Part shown: piece after piece, positions 7,279 through 12,251 of the stretch
Numbering within the stretch: position 1 is the stretch's first letter
Layout: each line of letters begins with the position of its first letter
Assembly: GCA_040377305.1 (NCBI GenBank)
Contig: JBEIPA010000054.1
Span: 1 to 12,251, forward strand
Origin: Flavobacteriales bacterium
Lineage (GTDB): Bacteria > Bacteroidota > Bacteroidia > Palsa-965
Length of the DNA: 12,251 nucleotides
Reading direction: 5' to 3'
Notes under the pieces: generated by a model
The model's input: only the letters and a program-made list of their open reading frames with translations
Databases searched by the model: none
What the model was told of the DNA's origin: nothing
Translations under genes and position numbers: made by a program

Positions 7279-8856
7279 ATGTACCCGAAAACTCCGACTA
7301 TTTCCGTCAAGTTACTGTCCTTAGATCGTGTACTGTTCTTCACGCTATTTCTACTTGTATGTGCGGTAAGGTTAAGTTCTCAGCAACAATCGCGCAACGA
7401 ACTTACTTTTCCTGCAGGTGAATCATTATATGCTGATGTGTTACACCGTAATACTTCGGATAGCGGATCGATTACAATTTTTCAGACTTACACAACCAAT
7501 AACATCTGGTACATAAATCTGGTCAAAACTTCTGCTAACGGAAATACACAGTGGGCAAAACGTTTGACATCCTCAGGTGCCTATGATGAAATCGTTCCGC
7601 TTGCTGATAGTGGATATCTGTTGTGCTATACATTCAACCAAAGTTATTATCTCCTGCGTCTCGATGCTGGCGGAAATACGATCTACTCGAAACAGATTAA
7701 TGTTCCTGCGCCCTGCCTCGTACAAACACGCGCGCCACACGTCATACCAAAAGCGAATGGTGGCTGTTACATTGTCGGCGACGTGATCGACAATTCAAAC
7801 GCCAATGGCATGTGGCATGTATTTGAACTCGACGCCAACGGAAATGCGATTTGGTCGCACGCTTATCATCAGGGATTCGCAAAAGCGTATCACACCGATG
7901 TTGACACCTGCTCCAATGGCGATCTGGTGATACTCGGTGTGCATTTTGATATTCCCAATTCGCATTTTTCTCCTCTGATCACCCGTATTGCTCCCGGTGG
8001 AAATGTCGTGTGGTCAAATTATTACACAGTTCCATTCATCGGACTGATTCCAAAATCGTTGGTAGTAATGTCAGGCGATGAAATCGTTGTTGCTGCTGTA
8101 CCAAGTACGTTTGGTCCACTCACCCATCTCATGCGGTGTGATGGACAAGGGAACGTTTTATGGAACATGCAATTTCAACGACCTTCGAATATGGCAATGC
8201 CAACAGATCTGATGACCGCGGAAAATAATACAACAGTCGTGTGGGGGCTTTCAAATGGAGGCAGTATGATGATTAAAAACGATACTGCCGGAGCAGTGCT
8301 CTGCCTACACGATTATCCGGGCGTTAATGTTCACCGGGGCCATACCTTGAACGGACAGTGGTACTCAGCTACTGGTGAGACGATCGGTGGCTCATCGATA
8401 ACTGCTTTCACAACAGATTTGTGCGGACACACTTGTCAGGATTCGACCTTTAAGATTATGGAGAACGTTTTGACAACAATTGTCACAGCGCGGATATCGG
8501 ATACGTTGATGCCGGTTGTTGTCGTTGCATTTGTTCCAACTATGTCTCCGGTAAATCTCTCCTTTCAAACAATCTGTATAGGTACGGATATCGATCAACT
8601 CGCGAAACCTGAATTTCATATCTATCCGGTTCCAGCGACAGATCAAATTCGAGTGGAGTCTGAAAATCGCCTTGACAACGCCGAACTAATCGATGTTCAG
8701 GGCAAAGTTGTGCTGACAAAAAACCTGCAAGGAGCACGCACGGCAACCATCCAGCTTCCTCGCCTCGCAAACGGTATCTACCTGTTGCGGATATCCGACT
8801 CTGTAGGTGTAGTTATGCAGCGAAAAATTCTCATTCAGCAGGATCAGTCACGTTAA
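7279..8856 (+). CDS. Secreted 7-blade beta-propeller protein with T9SS type A CTD, paralog 3
   Basis: Hydrophobic signal VLFFTLFLLVCAVRLSS|QQ with an unusually long N-region, so the start is uncertain. Blade motifs KTSANGNTQW, RLDAGGNTIY, ELDANGNAIW, RIAPGGNVVW, RCDGQGNVLW, KNDTAG, TTDLCG. Cys386-X46-Cys433. CTD IYPVP...GIYLLRI...RKILIQ. Starts 14 nt after paralog 2. Confidence 0.85.
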   Translation: MYPKTPTISVKLLSLDRVLFFTLFLLVCAVRLSSQQQSRNELTFPAGESLYADVLHRNTSDSGSITIFQTYTTNNIWYINLVKTSANGNTQWAKRLTSSGAYDEIVPLADSGYLLCYTFNQSYYLLRLDAGGNTIYSKQINVPAPCLVQTRAPHVIPKANGGCYIVGDVIDNSNANGMWHVFELDANGNAIWSHAYHQGFAKAYHTDVDTCSNGDLVILGVHFDIPNSHFSPLITRIAPGGNVVWSNYYTVPFIGLIPKSLVVMSGDEIVVAAVPSTFGPLTHLMRCDGQGNVLWNMQFQRPSNMAMPTDLMTAENNTTVVWGLSNGGSMMIKNDTAGAVLCLHDYPGVNVHRGHTLNGQWYSATGETIGGSSITAFTTDLCGHTCQDSTFKIMENVLTTIVTARISDTLMPVVVVAFVPTMSPVNLSFQTICIGTDIDQLAKPEFHIYPVPATDQIRVESENRLDNAELIDVQGKVVLTKNLQGARTATIQLPRLANGIYLLRISDSVGVVMQRKILIQQDQSR

Positions 8857-8969
8857 GAGACAGCGTTTGTTTCTTTTATGCACGCTCCGGTCGGAAATAC
8901 TCGATAATTACCCTCAAAATAATCGTCGAATGGCGTGTACCAGAACCGAATCGCGGCAGGGGAAAGTTG

Positions 8970-8977
8970 TAACTTTG
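8970..8977 (+). promoter_or_regulatory. Bacteroidota housekeeping promoter -7 box (TAnnTTTG) for the thiolase gene
   Basis: TAACTTTG is an exact match to TAnnTTTG and ends 22 nt before the ATG at 9000. No clear -33 TTTG element is visible. Confidence 0.6.
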
Positions 8978-8999
8978 AGTCTGATATCAGCCACATTTT

Positions 9000-10211
9000 A
9001 TGTCCCTTAAATCAGCATACCTCGTAGGTGGTGTTCGCACTGCAATCGGAAATTTCGGAGGCACATTAGCAGCAGTTCGCACCGACGATCTGGCGGCACA
9101 TGTACTCGCTCAGCTTGTTGCAAAATATTCATCGCTTGATCCGAAAGCAATCGGAGATATTATTCTCGGTTGCGCAAATCAGGCGGGAGAAGATAATCGC
9201 AACGTTGCACGTATGGCAGGACTTCTTGCCGGCCTTCCGATTTCTGTTCCGGGTGAAACTGTGAATCGATTGTGTGCATCAGGACTTTCTGCGTCAATGG
9301 CAGCAGCTCGTACAATCATGTGTGATGAAGCCGATATCATGATTTCCGGTGGAGTAGAAAATATGACACGCGGACCTTGGGTGATTTCGAAAACATCAAC
9401 ACCTTACGGTCGCGATGCGCAGATGTTCGATTCTTCTTTCGGATGGAGATTCATCAATCCGAAAATGAAAGAGATGTTCGGAACAGATGCGATGGGGGAA
9501 ACGGCGGAGAACGTTTCTGAACGTGATTCCGTAAATCGCGAAGACCAGGATAAATTTTCAGTGTGGTCGCAACAGAAAGCAGCAGCTGCACAAGCAAAGG
9601 GGCGTTTCGCAAAAGAGATTGTTCCCATTTCAATTCCACAGCGGAAAAGTGATGCAATCGTGTTTCAGAATGACGAATTCATGAAGCCGAAAACAACTTT
9701 GGAAGGACTAGCCGGACTGAAACCATCGTTCAAAAAGAACGGAACAGTAACCGCAGGAAATGCATCCGGATTAAATGACGGTGCAGCTGCCCTCCTACTC
9801 GCATCTGAAAACGGATTGAAGCAACACAACCTGAAACCACTGGCAAGAATAGTTTCTTCCGGCTTCACAGGTGTTGAACCGCGCGTGATGGGAATTGGTC
9901 CGGTGACTGCTGGCAACATGGCCTTGAAGAAAGCAGGATTGACGATTGATCAGATTGATATCATAGAATTGAATGAAGCATTCGCTGCACAATCACTTGC
10001 GGTAACACGCGCATGGGGATTGGCGGATACAGATTCACGCATCAACCCGAATGGTGGTGCAATTGCATTGGGTCATCCTTTGGGTATGAGTGGTGCGCGC
10101 ATTCTCAATTCGGCTGCAATAGAATTGCACGAGCAAAATAAAAAATACGCCTTGGTAACGATGTGTATTGGAGTCGGACAAGGGTACGCGGTAGTCATTG
10201 AGAAAGCATAA
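9000..10211 (+). CDS. pcaF: 3-oxoadipyl-CoA thiolase (PcaF/PaaJ-type acetyl-CoA C-acyltransferase)
   Basis: Thiolase catalytic motifs [18 protein letters not shown] and CIGVGQG. Subfamily-typical segments [16 protein letters not shown] and GWRFINPKM. Length 403 aa. Confidence 0.9.
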   Translation: MSLKSAYLVGGVRTAIGNFGGTLAAVRTDDLAAHVLAQLVAKYSSLDPKAIGDIILGCANQAGEDNRNVARMAGLLAGLPISVPGETVNRLCASGLSASMAAARTIMCDEADIMISGGVENMTRGPWVISKTSTPYGRDAQMFDSSFGWRFINPKMKEMFGTDAMGETAENVSERDSVNREDQDKFSVWSQQKAAAAQAKGRFAKEIVPISIPQRKSDAIVFQNDEFMKPKTTLEGLAGLKPSFKKNGTVTAGNASGLNDGAAALLLASENGLKQHNLKPLARIVSSGFTGVEPRVMGIGPVTAGNMALKKAGLTIDQIDIIELNEAFAAQSLAVTRAWGLADTDSRINPNGGAIALGHPLGMSGARILNSAAIELHEQNKKYALVTMCIGVGQGYAVVIEKA

Positions 10212-10270
10212 CATGAAATCTTCACGTTTGTGAACAGGATTCACGAATACAAGCCCATAAATAATATCAA

Positions 10271-12067
10271 ATGAGTAAACAAATAGCCGGCATACTGATT
10301 TTACTGTTCGCGTTCACCGCCGGAATTCACGCGCAGATCTTTCAGACCGATCTCGACCGTGGCTTTAAAGCACTCGACAAAAACGAGTACGACAAAGCCA
10401 TTGGCTACTTCAGCAGTGAGATTTCTGACGACAGCGCGAATGCCGGGGCGAACTATGGAATGGCACAGGTGTACTTCTCAAAAGGCTACACCGGATTCAA
10501 TACAGAAAAAGCGTACGGTTATATTGTGCAGGCCAACAGCGATTTCCGGTCAGCCACCAAAAAGCAAGTCAGCAGTTTTGCCAAGGTGAATGTAACTCAG
10601 GCAACGATTGACGAACTAAGAGGGAAAATCGACGATGAATTGTTCAGCGCTGCTGCGGCGACTTATTCGGTTCCGGTTCTTCAGGAATTTGTTTCAAAAT
10701 ATCCGAATAATAAAAACGCTGCCGATGCAAAAACTCTGATTGCACAACTGGAATCACTCGATGTTGCTTCCGGAAGTTCAGAAGAAGCGCTGGATGCTTA
10801 CATCAAGAAAAATCCGACCGGCAAAGGTGCAGAGAAGGCAATTACTCTTCGTAATATGCTGGCGTTTGAGAAAGCAAAACAAGCCAATACGATTGAGGCA
10901 CTACGTGAATTCATTTCAACTTATCCCGATGCCGTAGAAGTCGAAGAGGCAAACATTGCGCTGGCAAGTCTGGAATATGTGAAAGCGAAACAGCTCAATA
11001 CAATTGCAGCCTACGATACGTTCATGGTTCAGTATCCTGAAGCGCTGGAATATCGTGATGCAGAAATTCAGCGAAACCAGCTGGCGTACATTGAACTCCT
11101 CGAAAAACAATCGAACCTGCAGAATGCTCAGCTTGCTGAGGCAGATCAAACCATTCAGACAACAGGCAATTGGCTCAACCTCATGATTGCCGGATTAGCA
11201 GTTGTTCTTGTATTCGCGTTCATTGTGTATCGCGGTTACATGGAGAAGAAAAAATCGAACCGCGAGATCACGGAGCAGAAAGAAATCATCGAACAGAAGA
11301 ATACAGAGATTGTTGACAGTATCAACTATGCAAAACGCATTCAGGATTCAATGCTGCCTTCGCTGGACGAAATCAAAAAGCATCTGCCAGAAACATTTGT
11401 ATTCTTTCGTCCGCGTAATATAGTTAGTGGTGATTTCTACTGGTTCGCACAAACGGGTGATCGTGTTTACATTGCCGCTGCAGATTGTACAGGACATGGA
11501 GTACCAGGCTCGTTAGTATCCATGATCGGCTTCAATTTCCTAAATCAGGTTGTGAATGAAATGGGAATTAAAGAACCCGGAGAAATTCTTGACGAATTGC
11601 ATACGCGCGTTTCCGTTACGCTGAATAAAGATTCAGGTCCGGAATCCAGTGTTATGCGCGATGGAATGGATATTGCGTTACTGTCGATCAATCGTGCTAC
11701 CAAACAGGTTACGTTTTCAGGTGCTGTTCGTCCATTGGTTTACATCGACGACGAAGGCATCAAGTCTATTCGCAGCGGGATGTATTCCATTGGCGGAATC
11801 AAAGATCTGAAGAGCGATCCGTATCCTACACATACGATTCAGCCGAAGGGAAAAACAACTTTCTATCTTTTCTCCGATGGATATGCCGATCAGTTCGGTG
11901 GTCCGCAGGGGAAAAAATACAAGATGAAAAAACTCCAGGATCTTCTGCATTCCCTGAAAGATCATCCGGTTCACACGCAACAGGAAATTGTTGAAACTGA
12001 ATTCAACAAATGGATGGGGAATAATGAACAGGTTGATGACGTTTGCGTGATTGGCATCAGGTTTTGA
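10271..12067 (+). CDS. Membrane-anchored SpoIIE/RsbU-like PP2C Ser/Thr phosphatase with periplasmic TPR-like helical repeats
   Basis: Signal peptide ...IHA|QI, TPR-like N-terminus, four 37-aa repeats, a TM helix WLNLMIAGLAVVLVFAFIVY followed by basic RGYMEKKK, a coiled coil, then PP2C motifs VSGDFY, AADCTGHGVPG, DGMD, FSDGYADQFGG and QVDD. Confidence 0.92.
   Translation: MSKQIAGILILLFAFTAGIHAQIFQTDLDRGFKALDKNEYDKAIGYFSSEISDDSANAGANYGMAQVYFSKGYTGFNTEKAYGYIVQANSDFRSATKKQVSSFAKVNVTQATIDELRGKIDDELFSAAAATYSVPVLQEFVSKYPNNKNAADAKTLIAQLESLDVASGSSEEALDAYIKKNPTGKGAEKAITLRNMLAFEKAKQANTIEALREFISTYPDAVEVEEANIALASLEYVKAKQLNTIAAYDTFMVQYPEALEYRDAEIQRNQLAYIELLEKQSNLQNAQLAEADQTIQTTGNWLNLMIAGLAVVLVFAFIVYRGYMEKKKSNREITEQKEIIEQKNTEIVDSINYAKRIQDSMLPSLDEIKKHLPETFVFFRPRNIVSGDFYWFAQTGDRVYIAAADCTGHGVPGSLVSMIGFNFLNQVVNEMGIKEPGEILDELHTRVSVTLNKDSGPESSVMRDGMDIALLSINRATKQVTFSGAVRPLVYIDDEGIKSIRSGMYSIGGIKDLKSDPYPTHTIQPKGKTTFYLFSDGYADQFGGPQGKKYKMKKLQDLLHSLKDHPVHTQQEIVETEFNKWMGNNEQVDDVCVIGIRF
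10643..11086 (+). repeat. Four tandem 37-aa (111-nt) helical repeats inside the phosphatase ectodomain
   Basis: Residues 125-272: FSAAAATYSVPVLQEFVSKYPNN..., SLDVASGSSEEALDAYIKKNPTG..., FEKAKQANTIEALREFISTYPDA..., YVKAKQLNTIAAYDTFMVQYPEA.... Pro is at position 21 and Ala at position 29 of every unit. Confidence 0.85.
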
Positions 12068-12075
12068 TTACGCAC

Positions 12076-12224
12076 GCGACTCTGTGGAGTCGCATATTCC
12101 TAACACCGGTCCTAACTAAGCACTTACCTCCCTTTTTTGCGTGACGCCTGTGGCGTCACGCCAAAAAGGGAGGTAAAGGGAACGTGCACCGTCGGTGTTA
12201 GGAAGATGCGACGCCACAGCGTCG
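12076..12224. repeat. Nested palindromic REP/REPIN- or MITE-like element
   Basis: Outer inverted repeat 12077..12108 / 12193..12224 (29/32 match). Inner inverted repeat 12124..12148 / 12152..12176 (24/25 match, 3-nt loop). Three related small hairpins: GCGACTC-TGTG-GAGTCGC, GTGACGCC-TGT-GGCGTCAC, CGACGC-CACA-GCGTCG. Confidence 0.85.
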
Positions 12225-12251
12225 TTTGTAGAATAGTTCGAATGAACGTGC

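Noticed and set aside
8879-8939. Possible structured RNA or terminator between paralog 3 and the thiolase
   Set aside because: Only short, interrupted complementarity (TGCACGC/GCGTGTA, TCGATAATTA/TAATCGTCGA) and no U-tract; compatible with chance.
10221-10244. TTCAC/GTGAA mini-hairpins after the thiolase stop
   Set aside because: Stems of about 5 bp with no U-tract are too weak to call a terminator.
3909-11980. Short antisense or out-of-frame ORFs within the plus-strand genes (e.g. 3967..4404, 4624..4920, 9665..9919, 11717..11980)
   Set aside because: They overlap well-supported CDSs and show no domain-like motifs.
12076-12251. CRISPR array or tRNA
   Set aside because: The repeats are inverted and nested rather than direct repeats with unique spacers, there is no cloverleaf or T-loop motif, and no cas genes are present.

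Overview
A Bacteroidota-type window with no RNA genes, CRISPR or transposase. The assignment rests on four proteins with type IX secretion (T9SS) C-terminal domains, signal peptides cleaved before Gln, and a TAnnTTTG promoter box. Minus strand: a 1125-aa Arg-gingipain-like C25 cysteine protease (277..3654), then a terminator hairpin and the 5' part of a lipoprotein gene running off the left edge. Plus strand: a relic T9SS CTD fragment (3869..4027), three tandem and highly diverged ~520-aa secreted 7-blade beta-propeller paralogs, a PcaF/PaaJ-type thiolase, a membrane-anchored SpoIIE/PP2C phosphatase with four exact 37-aa periplasmic repeats, and a ~150-nt nested palindromic REP/REPIN-like element. 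The most notable observations are the propeller array with an invariant Cys-X46-Cys segment and gene relics, the RgpB-like protease, and the terminal palindrome with a compensatory base-pair change. All family calls come from motif recognition by eye, not database searches.
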